Position numbers and translations under genes: made by a program. DNA of 64,000 bases from a virus (taxonomy: Duplodnaviria; Caudoviricetes): the IMG/VR virus record IMGVR_UViG_2933320104_000001, positions 2,782 through 66,781 of that record; one strand, written 5' to 3'. The notes below the pieces were generated by a model. It saw only the letters and a program-made list of their open reading frames with translations. It was not told where the DNA came from and did no database searches. Positions 35,206-44,878 of the stretch are shown here, piece by piece (position 1 is the stretch's first letter; the number at the start of each line of letters is the position of its first letter).

Positions 35206-36651
35206 ATGGCGATCGCCCGCCGCGGCACCCCGACCACCCAGCAGACCACGGTCGGCTCGACATCGACCACGATCAATGTCCCGACTGGTGTGCAGAACGG
35301 CGACTGCCTGCTGCTGTGGGCCGTCTTCGGAGACGCGATCAGCGGCTTCACCCTGTCGGGCTGGACGCAGCTCGACGCGCCTGTGGGCAGCAACTGCCGC
35401 GGGTTCCTGTATGTGCGCGTGGCGAGCTCCGAACCGGCCTCGTACACGCCGTCCTGGACGACATCGGCCAAGACCACGATGTCGATGGTCGCCTACTCGG
35501 GGACCGATGCCACGACCCCGGTCGCGTCTGGCGAGCACTCCTCAGCTGGTGAGACGGTCAACCGCACCACCCACACGACCCCGTCGGTGACTGCTGCGAC
35601 GGCTACAGAGTGGGCTGTCGCCTTCTACGCCGACAGGTCCACCAACGCCGGCGCGAAAAACGCCGACTGGACAGCGGACGCCGCACTCAGCGAGATCGTC
35701 GACCTCAACAACAACGCCGCAGCCGGGTCACCCTGGCTGAGCCAGGAAGTCGCCGACTCTAACGCCACCGTCACCTCCGGCGCCCACTCCTACACGGCCA
35801 CCTCCCAGGTCAGCATGTCCAACGCCGTGATGGCGCTGGTCATGCTCACACCCGCTGCTGCTGGCCACGCTGTCACCGGCAACAGCGCCGCGGCGATCAC
35901 AAGCACGGCCACCGCGGTCAAGGTCGCCCCCGTTACCGCACGATGTGCAGCCGTAGCCTCCAGCTCGGCGACCGCCAAGAAGGTGACGGTAGCGGCAGCC
36001 AGGGCGCCTCTCGCCGCTGTCGCCACGTCGAGCACACCAACCAAGACCGCGAAGGCCGCGGCTTCGAGCACCATCGCCGCGGCGGGCGTGAGCACGGCGA
36101 GCAAGAAGGCTCCCGGATCCGGTACGGCCAGCCTCGCGGTCACTTCGGCGAGCACGGCGAGGAAGGTCGCTCCCAGCTTCGGCAGCGCCTTCCTGGCGAC
36201 CACCGCTGCCGGCACTGCCCGCAAGGTGGCTCCCGCGGCCGGCACCGGCTACCTCACCGCAGTCTCCGCCTCTACTGCGTTCAAGGTGGCTGTCGGCACG
36301 TCTGTAGCGCCTCTGGCCGCGTTCGGTACCGCGATCGCCTCCAAGACCTTGCCTGCCTCCTGCGTGTGCTCTACAGCCGTGTACGGGTCCAGCACGGCAA
36401 GCAAGGTCGCCGCTGTCCAAGCGGACACGAGCATCGCCGCGGTCGGCACAGCGGAGGCTGCTCACCTGGCCAACGCCGTCGCGCACACCTACGCCGTGGT
36501 GATCGCCCGCACGAAGCTACTCAACGCCCCGTCCGAGCTGCCGCCGCACCTCGGCGGCACGCTGATCGGCCCGTCGCTCGGCGGCGCCATCGTCTCCGGC
36601 GAGTTGGGCGGACACTTGATCGACCGAGACCTCGGCGGTCATCTCATCTGA
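35206..36651 (+). CDS. Fibre-like virion protein with ~22-aa Ala/Thr repeats
   Basis: VPTGVQNGDCLLL domain; repeated A..KVAP..G...LA; C-terminal LGG repeats. Confidence 0.7.
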   Translation: MAIARRGTPTTQQTTVGSTSTTINVPTGVQNGDCLLLWAVFGDAISGFTLSGWTQLDAPVGSNCRGFLYVRVASSEPASYTPSWTTSAKTTMSMVAYSGTDATTPVASGEHSSAGETVNRTTHTTPSVTAATATEWAVAFYADRSTNAGAKNADWTADAALSEIVDLNNNAAAGSPWLSQEVADSNATVTSGAHSYTATSQVSMSNAVMALVMLTPAAAGHAVTGNSAAAITSTATAVKVAPVTARCAAVASSSATAKKVTVAAARAPLAAVATSSTPTKTAKAAASSTIAAAGVSTASKKAPGSGTASLAVTSASTARKVAPSFGSAFLATTAAGTARKVAPAAGTGYLTAVSASTAFKVAVGTSVAPLAAFGTAIASKTLPASCVCSTAVYGSSTASKVAAVQADTSIAAVGTAEAAHLANAVAHTYAVVIARTKLLNAPSELPPHLGGTLIGPSLGGAIVSGELGGHLIDRDLGGHLI

Positions 36652-36664
36652 AACGGGGGACGCC

Positions 36665-37000
36665 ATGGCCTCGACTGTCAACGTGCCCATGTCTCAGAGA
36701 GACGACACGGCCAAGCAGTGGCAGATCACCGCGAACAACCTGCCGCTCAACATCAGCTCGGGCACGGTCACCGCCGTCATCAAGCGGGACACGTCGATCG
36801 ACGACGATGATCCGACAGTCATTCAGCGGTCCGAGGGCTCCGGTCTCACGATCGTCGATGCTGCTACGGGCAAGGTCGAGATCGTCATCCCGACCTCCGT
36901 GACCCAGTACCCGAGCTCCTGGTTCTACAAGATCGACCTTGAGATCGACGGACGCACCGAGACCGTGATCGACGGCTGGATCCAGATAGCGGACACCTGA
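36665..37000 (+). CDS. BppU-like baseplate/fibre adaptor
   Basis: DAATGKVEI.IP...T......YKIDL......T...G.I. Confidence 0.65.
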   Translation: MASTVNVPMSQRDDTAKQWQITANNLPLNISSGTVTAVIKRDTSIDDDDPTVIQRSEGSGLTIVDAATGKVEIVIPTSVTQYPSSWFYKIDLEIDGRTETVIDGWIQIADT

Positions 37001-37356
37001 TGCCCGCCCTCCGCGTGTGCAGCAAACCGGGCTGCCCTCAGCTCTGCTCGGGCGGCCGGTGCGACGACCACAAGCGAGAGGCCGAGCGTGCCCGCGGCAG
37101 CGCCTCACAGCGCGGCTACGGCTCCACGCACCGCGAGCGCTTCCGTAAGGTCGTGCTAGCCCGCGACCCGATCTGCACAGCCGAACAGGGCTGCACAGAG
37201 CCATCCACGGACGCCGACCATCACCCGATCGACCGCAAAGAGCTCGAGCGTCGCGGACTCGACCCGAACGACCCGAAGTATGGGCGGGGCTTGTGCTCGC
37301 TACATCACAAGCAGGCCACTGGGCGGGCTCAACCAGGCGGCTGGAACGCCCGCTAA
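37000..37356 (+). CDS. Terminase-associated HNH-like protein
   Basis: CSKPGCP...RC..H...RGSASQRGYG..H...R..VL.RDPIC...ADH...GLC..HH. Confidence 0.8.
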   Translation: MPALRVCSKPGCPQLCSGGRCDDHKREAERARGSASQRGYGSTHRERFRKVVLARDPICTAEQGCTEPSTDADHHPIDRKELERRGLDPNDPKYGRGLCSLHHKQATGRAQPGGWNAR

Positions 37357-37471
37357 TCACACTCGGTAATCAACGATCTGACGTGCGAAAACTTGGCCGT
37401 CCGCACGGGCGGGTAACCGCCATCACGGGGACCGGCCTCACGCAGCGTTACGCCAGGAAACGGAGATCCAC

Positions 37472-37615
37472 ATGGACGTCCTCCTACTCCTCGCCCTCGT
37501 CGCCTTCCTCTCTGCAGCTGTCGTCGCCGGCGTACAGAAGTCATGGGTGCTCGTCCTGCTCTGCGCGGGCTTGTTCCTGCTGACACTCGCCCAGACCGGG
37601 CTGATCCACAGCTAG
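37472..37615 (+). CDS. 47-aa two-TM micro-protein (not in ORF track)
   Basis: GGAG RBS; MDVLLLLALVAFLSAAVVAGVQKSWVLVLLCAGLFLLTLAQTGLIHS. Confidence 0.65.
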   Translation: MDVLLLLALVAFLSAAVVAGVQKSWVLVLLCAGLFLLTLAQTGLIHS

Positions 37616-37701
37616 ACCCCACCAAGATCCTGCGGTTCGCTACCTCAGGTCAGAGCGCCCCGAGTCTCCCGGCTCGGGGCGCTCACATTCCGGGAGACCA
37701 T

Positions 37702-38076
37702 ATGACCGAACGCAAGCTCAGTATTTCCGGCGGACCTGGCACCTACCGTGTCCGTCTCGGCGACATCGACATCGCCAACGGCATCCGAAACCTCACGTTG
37801 AAACTGGGTGTAGACCACGACATCCCTGAGGCCACGCTGGACCTGTGCGTGTGGTCCGTAGAGGACGCCGAGCTGGCCGCTGTCCCGCGGATCTCGGACG
37901 CCACAAGCGAACTGCTGATCGCTCTCGGCTGGACGCCGCCCATCTCGACCGCCGCATGCCGGGACTGGTCGATGAGCAAGCAACACACGGCACACGAGTG
38001 GGATGGGCATGTGGACGTGCCCGTGCCGGGCCACTTCTCATGCCCCGGCTGGCCTTCGGCGGCAGGTGACCGATGA
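37702..38076 (+). CDS. Hypothetical protein
   Basis: GGGAG RBS. Confidence 0.65.
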   Translation: MTERKLSISGGPGTYRVRLGDIDIANGIRNLTLKLGVDHDIPEATLDLCVWSVEDAELAAVPRISDATSELLIALGWTPPISTAACRDWSMSKQHTAHEWDGHVDVPVPGHFSCPGWPSAAGDR

Positions 38077-38321
38077 GCTTCCTCAACGTCGCGTTCCACA
38101 TTCTGCTGGGCCTCGCCTTCATCTGCTCAGGCCTGGGCAGCATCGGCGCAGTCAACGGCCTGCTTTACGTGTGGCAGGCAGAGTCCAACCAGGAGCGGCT
38201 CGGTGTGCTGACCCACGTCGGCATCTGGCTGGCGAGCGTGATGCTGTTCTCCGGCATCCTCTACGCCTCCATCCTCAACGGGTGGCTCGGCTTCGGGGTC
38301 CAGCAGGCAGGCGGACACTGA
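38073..38321 (+). CDS. Two-TM membrane protein
   Basis: ATGA overlap; hydrophobic. Confidence 0.6.
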   Translation: MSFLNVAFHILLGLAFICSGLGSIGAVNGLLYVWQAESNQERLGVLTHVGIWLASVMLFSGILYASILNGWLGFGVQQAGGH

Positions 38322-38350
38322 TGCGGGTCCTGAATCGGGGAGATAGCGCG

Positions 38351-38596
38351 ATGACTGAGCCGACCGTGGGCGCCGTCGTCCACTACCTCACATACAGGGA
38401 TCCGTGTCGTGCCGCCATCGTCACGAGCGTGACCCGATCCCAGCCCTACGATCTCGAACCCGAGCCGACGACGGTCACCCTCACCGTGCTGCACCCCGGT
38501 GGAATGTCTTTCGCCGCCGGCGTACGCCAGCAGGACGGCCCCGACTGCGTCGACCTGTGGCACTGGCCATCCCGCTGCCGCGATGTGACGACATGA
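38351..38596 (+). CDS. Small phage protein (P.VG.VVHY...CRAAIVT...WHWP)
   Basis: Recognisable actinophage motif. Confidence 0.7.
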   Translation: MTEPTVGAVVHYLTYRDPCRAAIVTSVTRSQPYDLEPEPTTVTLTVLHPGGMSFAAGVRQQDGPDCVDLWHWPSRCRDVTT

Positions 38597-38889
38597 CCAC
38601 CGTGATGCTGTTCGACCCGAACGACCTCGACACCCCAGGCAACCGCTGCACCCGCGACTGGGTGGACACCCCGGAGCATCGAGCGGTCCTCGACTGGTGC
38701 CGCAGCGAAGGCCTCCACCCGGAGAACACAGCCCGACTCGAGATCGTGAAGACCATCCGCGGCTTCAAGGCCAAGCTGAAGGTGTACGACCTCGACGACG
38801 AGGGCCACAAGCTACTCAGCCGGGGCGGCGAACACGCTGCTACCCACTCCGAGTCCAAGGCGATCTCATGCCTGCCGCCCCTCACCTGA
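38593..38889 (+). CDS. Hypothetical protein (paralog of 25523-25771)
   Basis: LDWCRSEGLHPE..ARLEI. Confidence 0.65.
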   Translation: MTTVMLFDPNDLDTPGNRCTRDWVDTPEHRAVLDWCRSEGLHPENTARLEIVKTIRGFKAKLKVYDLDDEGHKLLSRGGEHAATHSESKAISCLPPLT

Positions 38890-39146
38890 CCGGCTTGGAT
38901 GCGAGCGCCGACCTTCTCACCTACGATCCCCGCTTCCGCTGCACCTGCACGCGCCCCCACGGGTACCGCTGCATCCGCAAGGCAACCGAAGAAGACCTGC
39001 TCTGCGACGACTGCCGGCACGACCGCCACGCCGTAGACCAGATCCGGTACGTGAGCGAGCCCGCACTGCGCAACTACCCGGAGCAGGTCGCGCAAGTACT
39101 CGGCATCCAGCGCGGCCACGCCATCCTCATCCCACCCGGCAGGTAG
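38868..39146 (+). CDS. Cys-rich hypothetical protein (start uncertain)
   Basis: CTC..C.RKATEEDLLCDDCR. Confidence 0.5.
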   Translation: MPAAPHLTGLDASADLLTYDPRFRCTCTRPHGYRCIRKATEEDLLCDDCRHDRHAVDQIRYVSEPALRNYPEQVAQVLGIQRGHAILIPPGR

Positions 39147-39217
39147 GCGGGCCGATCGAGGTTGGCCCACCACAGCCTCGACGGGCGAGAGCAGAGCGAA
39201 GGCTGATCCATCCGGAT

Positions 39218-39323
39218 TTGTCGGTGGTACCTGCGATGCTGGAGTGACAACCCCATAAGGAACCCGGGCGAGTGCGCTAACACTCCCCGGGCGTGGCCGA
39301 CCTGATTGGACCAGGACGACATG
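39218..39323 (+). promoter_or_regulatory. RecA-NDp/PafBC-like promoter plus structured leader, copy 2
   Basis: TTGTCGG-N10-GATGCT; CCCGGG-C-GAGTG-CGCTAA-CACTC-CCCGGG; CCTG/CAGG hairpin over RBS. Confidence 0.6.
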
Positions 39324-40136
39324 ACGGACCCTACCGTTGACGTGCCCGCATGCAAAGAATGCGGAGAACCACTCCCGCCAAGGAACGGCAGAGGCCGGGC
39401 GATTTACTGCACCATCCAGTGCGGTCGGAGAGCCCGCCGCCGAGAGCAGCGCGCCATTGAATCGCGCAGTTGCCTGGCATGCGGAGCCGACATCTCTCAC
39501 CTCACCCTCAAGAGCAAGTGCTGCAGCACGTCATGCGCGGACTGGGCGCGACGCCGTCCGGGCGTTCCTCGCTGGACTCCGCGGTCGTGCCCAATCTGCA
39601 AGGCGGACATGACATACCGCGCATCGCAGGCTAAGTACTGCTCGAAGCGGTGCAGTGACGTTGCCCGAGGCCAGGTCTTACTTGAGCCGCACCCAGAGCG
39701 AACGTGCGCGCTCGAAGAGTGCGACGTGGTCTTCCAGCCCAAGAGCAAGCGGCAGTACTGCTGCTGCGAAGCGCACGGCAAGATCCATTCCCACCGAAAG
39801 TACCGTGCCGCCGGCAAAGAGGTCCGAGAGGAATGGGGCGACGCACGCCGCGAGCGATACCACCGCAGGCGCGCACTCAAGAAGCAGGCCAGCACAGGAG
39901 ACCCAGTCCGCTTCTCCGAGATAGCCGAACGAGACAAGTGGACCTGTGGCCTGTGCCGCAAGCGGGTCGCCCCAGCCTTGGCATGGCCCGACCCCATGAG
40001 CCCAAGCCTCGACCACGTCATCCCACTCACCAAGGGCGGACTACACGACCCCGCGAACGTCCAACTGGCACACCTCCAATGCAACACCCGCAAGAACAAC
40101 CGCGGCGGAGGCGAACAGCTGGCGCTCATCGGCTGA
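39321..40136 (+). CDS. HNH endonuclease with four Zn-ribbon repeats (homing-type)
   Basis: Repeated CxxC..YCSxxC; RDKWTCGLC..SPSLDHVIPLTKGG.H...NVQLAHLQCN. Confidence 0.9.
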   Translation: MTDPTVDVPACKECGEPLPPRNGRGRAIYCTIQCGRRARRREQRAIESRSCLACGADISHLTLKSKCCSTSCADWARRRPGVPRWTPRSCPICKADMTYRASQAKYCSKRCSDVARGQVLLEPHPERTCALEECDVVFQPKSKRQYCCCEAHGKIHSHRKYRAAGKEVREEWGDARRERYHRRRALKKQASTGDPVRFSEIAERDKWTCGLCRKRVAPALAWPDPMSPSLDHVIPLTKGGLHDPANVQLAHLQCNTRKNNRGGGEQLALIG

Positions 40137-40348
40137 AACCGACACCCATCACGCACGACCTCTGACCTGCGGAGACGTGGGGGGATGCCCCGACCTGCGG
40201 AAACGTCCTGGACCGCGGGCCAGCGCTGCCCTTGGTCAGACGGGTTCAGAGGGTGACTGACTGTCACCTTGATTCATAAATGTTGCGGCCTCGCGCGATG
40301 CTTGGCCGTTCCTCAATGCTGCGCGATGCGGCTGGTAGGGAGTGCGAA

Positions 40349-40822
40349 ATGCCCAAAGGTGGAGCTCGCGTGGTGTCTGGCCCTCCGCCGGACCCGAATG
40401 CGCTGCGGCGTGAACGGCCAGGAGATGCGGCGACGTGGACGACGCTCCCTGCGGAGGGGCGCCCAGGCGATCCGCCTGAGTGGCCGCTGCTGGAGGCAGA
40501 TGGCCGCGAGTGGGAGCTGTGGGCCGACCTGTGGACCAAACCGCAGGCGATCATGTGGGAGCGGTTGGGCCAGCTGTACGAGGTCGCCATGTGCGTGAGG
40601 ATGCTCGCGCGGGCTGAGCAGCCGAAGTCGTCGGTCGAACTCCAGAAGGTGGTTCGCCAGTATCTGGACTCGCTGGGGTTGTCGACGCAGGGCATGCTGC
40701 GGAACCGGTGGCGGATCGCCGCCAACGAGGTGGCGGAGAAGCGGACGGCGAAGACAGCACGCACGGCGTCGGCCAGGTCCATGCGTGACCGGTTGAAGGC
40801 CATCGATGGCGGGGGAGCGTAG
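40349..40822 (+). CDS. Terminase small subunit
   Basis: GP.PDPNALRR...P.WPL...W..LW..PQA..W...LGLS..G..R.RW.I. Confidence 0.85.
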   Translation: MPKGGARVVSGPPPDPNALRRERPGDAATWTTLPAEGRPGDPPEWPLLEADGREWELWADLWTKPQAIMWERLGQLYEVAMCVRMLARAEQPKSSVELQKVVRQYLDSLGLSTQGMLRNRWRIAANEVAEKRTAKTARTASARSMRDRLKAIDGGGA

Positions 40823-42446
40823 CCCGCGTCCGCTGCTCGTGGCGCCGGCGTGGATCGAGGCGCACTGTGTGATCCCGGATGGGTTCCGCCGCGGCGACCA
40901 ATTCGCCCTCTACGACTACCAGCTGCGGTACTTCGCCGCGTTCTACATGGTGCGCGGCGATGCGGTGTGGCAGCCGGAGGATCCGATTCTGGGTCCGGCG
41001 TTCGTCTACCGGCGTGGCCTGCTCGCCGGCCCGCAGAAGCTAGGCAAGGGACCTCATACTGCGGCGCACGTCTGCGTCGAGGGTGTCGGGCCTGCATTGT
41101 TCGCCGGCTGGGCTGGCCGCGACGACGGGTATTCGTGCTCCGATTTCGGCTGCGGCTGTGGCTGGGAGTACCCGTACGAGCGGGGCGAGCCGATGGGCAT
41201 GTCGTGGCCCACGCCGCTGATCCAGATCACCGCGGTGTCCGAGGAGCAGACGGACAACATCTATGGCGCGCTCCGGCCGATGATCGAGCTGGGGCCGCTG
41301 GCGGATCTGATCCCGAAGACGGGCGAGGAGTTCATCCGGCTCCCGAGCGGCGGACGGGTCGACACGGTGACGTCGTCGGCACAGTCCCGACTCGGCCAGC
41401 GGGTCACCTTCGTGCCGCAGGACGAGGTCGGGCTGTGGACGATATCCAACAAGATGACCAAGGTCGCCGACACCCAGTACCGCGGACTCGCGGGCATGGG
41501 CGGGCGGGCGTCGCTGACGACGAACGCCTGGGATCCGTCCGAGAATTCGGTGGCGCAACAGCAGTTCGAGTCGTCGGCGAAGGACATCTACCGGCAGTTC
41601 GTCCAGCCTCCTCCGCACCTGTCCTACCGGAACAAGGTCGAGCGTAGGAAGATCCACCGGGCTGTGTATGGCGAGGCTCTGAAGGAGAACGGCGGCCACG
41701 TCGACCTGGATTCGATCGAGGCCGAAGCAGCTGACCTGATCGAGCGTGATCCGGCGCAGGCTGAGCGGTTCTTCGGCAACAGGATCGTGTACGGCGCGGG
41801 CCATTTCATCGAGGCGGATGCGTGGGATCGACGGGCGCTTGCACGGGACGTGCCGGACGGCTCGGTTATCGTGCTCGGCATGGACGGGTCGGACTCCGAC
41901 GACTGGACCGGGATCCGCGGAGAGACGGCGGACGGCCACCAGTTCACTCCGACGTTCGGCCCTGATCGCCGGCCGACTGTGTGGGACCCGGCAGCCTATG
42001 GCGGCCAGGTGCCGCGCCTCGAGGTGGCTGCGGCGTTCGATGAGTTGATGACCCGCTTCAAGGTTGTGCGCGCCTACATCGACCCGCCCTGGTGGGCGTC
42101 GGAGATCGACGCGTGGGCGGAGCGGTACGGCGACAGAGTGGTCATCCGCTGGTCGACGTTCCGGCCGGTGCAGATGCACGCTGCCTGCGAGCGGCTGCAC
42201 GTGGACGTGGGCAAAGCCGATTCACCGTTCACCCAGGACGGATGCCCCTTCACTGCGATCCACATCCGGAACACCCGGAAGGCTCCAAGGCCCGGCCAGC
42301 GGTACGTGCTGGCGAAGGCCAGCCATACCCAGAAGATCGACCTCACGGTCTGTTCTGTCTTGGCACATGAGGCTGCGGGCGACGCCCAGGCCGCCGGTTT
42401 GTTCCGCGTCCGTACTGCTCCCGCCAAGGTGATCATCATGAGATGA
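40806..42446 (+). CDS. Terminase large subunit
   Basis: GPQKLGKG Walker A; QDE Walker B; LGMDGSDSDD nuclease; KID. Confidence 0.92.
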   Translation: MAGERSPRPLLVAPAWIEAHCVIPDGFRRGDQFALYDYQLRYFAAFYMVRGDAVWQPEDPILGPAFVYRRGLLAGPQKLGKGPHTAAHVCVEGVGPALFAGWAGRDDGYSCSDFGCGCGWEYPYERGEPMGMSWPTPLIQITAVSEEQTDNIYGALRPMIELGPLADLIPKTGEEFIRLPSGGRVDTVTSSAQSRLGQRVTFVPQDEVGLWTISNKMTKVADTQYRGLAGMGGRASLTTNAWDPSENSVAQQQFESSAKDIYRQFVQPPPHLSYRNKVERRKIHRAVYGEALKENGGHVDLDSIEAEAADLIERDPAQAERFFGNRIVYGAGHFIEADAWDRRALARDVPDGSVIVLGMDGSDSDDWTGIRGETADGHQFTPTFGPDRRPTVWDPAAYGGQVPRLEVAAAFDELMTRFKVVRAYIDPPWWASEIDAWAERYGDRVVIRWSTFRPVQMHAACERLHVDVGKADSPFTQDGCPFTAIHIRNTRKAPRPGQRYVLAKASHTQKIDLTVCSVLAHEAAGDAQAAGLFRVRTAPAKVIIMR

Positions 42447-42453
42447 GGTGAGC

Positions 42454-43905
42454 ATGGCCCGCTCGGAGATGGAGTGGCTGAAGCACCTCGTCAAGTGCCA
42501 TGACAAGGAGCTGAAGGAGCTCCGCAGGCTGGATGAGTACTACGAGGGCGAGCAGGCCCTGTCGTACATGGCGCCGGAGCTGATCCAGGAGCTGGATGAG
42601 CGTGTCCGGCAGGTCGTCATCGAGTGGCCGCGTCTGGTCGTGGACTCCGTGGAGGAGCGCCTCGACGTCGAGGGGTTCCGGTTCGGTAAGCAGGCCGACG
42701 CGGATGCCGGGTTGTGGCGGATCTGGCAGGCCAACGACCTGGACGAGCAGTCGCAGCAGGCGCACGTGGACGCGCTGGTGATGAAGCGCAGCTATGTGAT
42801 CGTCGGCGCGAACGAGGACGACGCTGAGACGCCGATCATCACGGTGGAGTCGCCGCTCGAGGTGCACGCCGAGTATGACCCGCGTACGCGTGCGGTTGCT
42901 GCGGCGGTGAAGCGGTGGGTGGAGGAGGACGACGATCGCAAGATCGATCACGCCACCCTCTATCTGCCGAGCTCGACTGTCTGGTTCGTGAAGGACGAGA
43001 AGAGCAACTGGGTCGAGGACCCGGACAACCCTCGCGACGATCACGGCCTGGGACAGGTGTGCGTTGTCCCGATCGTGAACCGGCCTCGGTTGAAGCGGCC
43101 TGGTGGTGTGTCGGAGCTCAAGCCGGTGATCCCGATCTCGGATGCCGCCTGCAAGATCGCCACGGACATGATGATCTCGGCCGAGTTCCACGCCATCCCG
43201 CGCCGGTACGCGATCGGCGTCGGGCCGGAGGACTTCGAGGACGAGCAAGGCCGCCCCGTCTCGGCGTTGAAGCGGATCGCGGGCCGGATCTGGGCGATCG
43301 CCAAGAACAAGAAAGATGACGGGGTCGAGCTCGGCCAGTTCCCCGAGGCGTCGCTGAACAACTTCCACGAGACGCTGCGGCTGCTGGCGATGATGGTCGC
43401 CTCGCTTGCGGGTCTGCCGTCCAGGTTCCTCGGCCACGCCACCGACAACCCTGCCTCCGCTGACGCGATCCGCTCCGACGAGTCCCGGCTGGTCAAGCGC
43501 GCCGAACGCAAGCAGCGCGCTTGGGGCGGCTCCTGGGAGAAGGTCATGCGCCTGGCGTTGCTGATCCGCGACGGTGAGGTGCCGGATGACGCCAGGAGTC
43601 TGGAGACGCTGTGGCGCGACGCTTCTACCCCGACCGTTGCGCAGAAGGCGGACGCGGCGATGAAGCTGTACACCAGCAAGATCGTGCCGTTGCGGCAGAC
43701 GCGTGAGGACCTCGGTTACACCCAGGCGCAGATTGACCGCATGCAGGAAGAGGACACCAAAGCTGCCGAGTCGGCGTTCGAGCGGGTTATGGCGGGCGAT
43801 CTGGCCGCGTTGACTGGCCCGAAGCCGCCTCCTGAGCCTGTCGGACCACAGCCTCCCGACCTCCAGCCGGCAGGGGTGAACGGTGGCGCTGCAGCAGGTG
43901 GCTGA
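42454..43905 (+). CDS. Portal protein (SPP1 gp6-like)
   Basis: YYEGEQ; WPRLVVD..EERL; WQAN.LD; NPASADAI. Confidence 0.93.
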   Translation: MARSEMEWLKHLVKCHDKELKELRRLDEYYEGEQALSYMAPELIQELDERVRQVVIEWPRLVVDSVEERLDVEGFRFGKQADADAGLWRIWQANDLDEQSQQAHVDALVMKRSYVIVGANEDDAETPIITVESPLEVHAEYDPRTRAVAAAVKRWVEEDDDRKIDHATLYLPSSTVWFVKDEKSNWVEDPDNPRDDHGLGQVCVVPIVNRPRLKRPGGVSELKPVIPISDAACKIATDMMISAEFHAIPRRYAIGVGPEDFEDEQGRPVSALKRIAGRIWAIAKNKKDDGVELGQFPEASLNNFHETLRLLAMMVASLAGLPSRFLGHATDNPASADAIRSDESRLVKRAERKQRAWGGSWEKVMRLALLIRDGEVPDDARSLETLWRDASTPTVAQKADAAMKLYTSKIVPLRQTREDLGYTQAQIDRMQEEDTKAAESAFERVMAGDLAALTGPKPPPEPVGPQPPDLQPAGVNGGAAAGG

Positions 43906-44797
43906 CGCCCACTACGTGGCCCAGCAGCAGATCGTTCGCGCTACCGCCGAGCAGGCGCAGAGCTTGTGGGGCGAGTTGGCGGCGGCCAGTGTGATCAAGC
44001 AGTGGATGGATCTGCTCGCTCAGATCGTGGACCTGCTGACCGGCGGCCAATTGAGGGCGGCGCGGCTGGCCATGCCGTACCTGCGGCTGGTCGCGAAGGA
44101 GCAGGGCGCCAGCGGGCCGTTGCGGGCGCAGGTCGACCCGTTCGGGTTCGCGGGACGCGGAGCAGATGGCCGGGACCTGGCGACGCTCTTGATGCAGCCC
44201 GCACTCCGTACGGCAGGCCTGGTGGCACGCGGCGCCGACGATCAGGAGGCGCTGCGCTCCGGTCTGGCGTCGCTGACCCGGATCATCGCTACCGAGATCC
44301 CTGACGCTGGCCGCGCCGCGGTCGGCGCCGGGATCACCGCGAACCGGCGGTTCACCACCTACATCCGTATGATGCGGCTGCCCTCGTGTAGCCGGTGCAT
44401 CGTCCTGGCGGGCAAGACCTACCCCTGGTCGGAGGGCTTCGCCCGGCACGACCGCTGCGACTGCTACCACCTTGCGGTCGTCCACGACGGGACGGGCGAT
44501 CTGCCGGGCGAGACGCCGCAGCAGGTGTTTCGTGGGCTGACCCGAGAGCAGCAGGACGCGGCATTCGGCATGGCCGCGGCCGAGGCTATCCGTGCCGGCG
44601 CGGACATCGGCCGGGTGGTGAATGCCCGCCGTGGTGTCTACGTCGCGGGGGAGCGCGAGTTCACCCGGACCGGCATCCGCGGGCGCAAACGCAGCCCACG
44701 TGAGGCCAGGCCGACGTCGGAGCAGATCATCCGAGACAACGCCGATGACCGGGCTGCCGCGATCGAGCAGCTCAGACGGCACGGATACATCCTCTGA
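43883..44797 (+). CDS. Minor head (MuF/VG15-like) protein
   Basis: CSRCIVLAG...F.RH.RCDC; located after portal. Confidence 0.8.
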   Translation: MALQQVADAHYVAQQQIVRATAEQAQSLWGELAAASVIKQWMDLLAQIVDLLTGGQLRAARLAMPYLRLVAKEQGASGPLRAQVDPFGFAGRGADGRDLATLLMQPALRTAGLVARGADDQEALRSGLASLTRIIATEIPDAGRAAVGAGITANRRFTTYIRMMRLPSCSRCIVLAGKTYPWSEGFARHDRCDCYHLAVVHDGTGDLPGETPQQVFRGLTREQQDAAFGMAAAEAIRAGADIGRVVNARRGVYVAGEREFTRTGIRGRKRSPREARPTSEQIIRDNADDRAAAIEQLRRHGYIL

Positions 44798-44878
44798 AGC
44801 TTCCTCGCGCACAGACGCGAGGATCCCGGGGTGCGCATTCCCGCGTGCCCTCAAATCACGATGAGAGGGCATGCCGCG

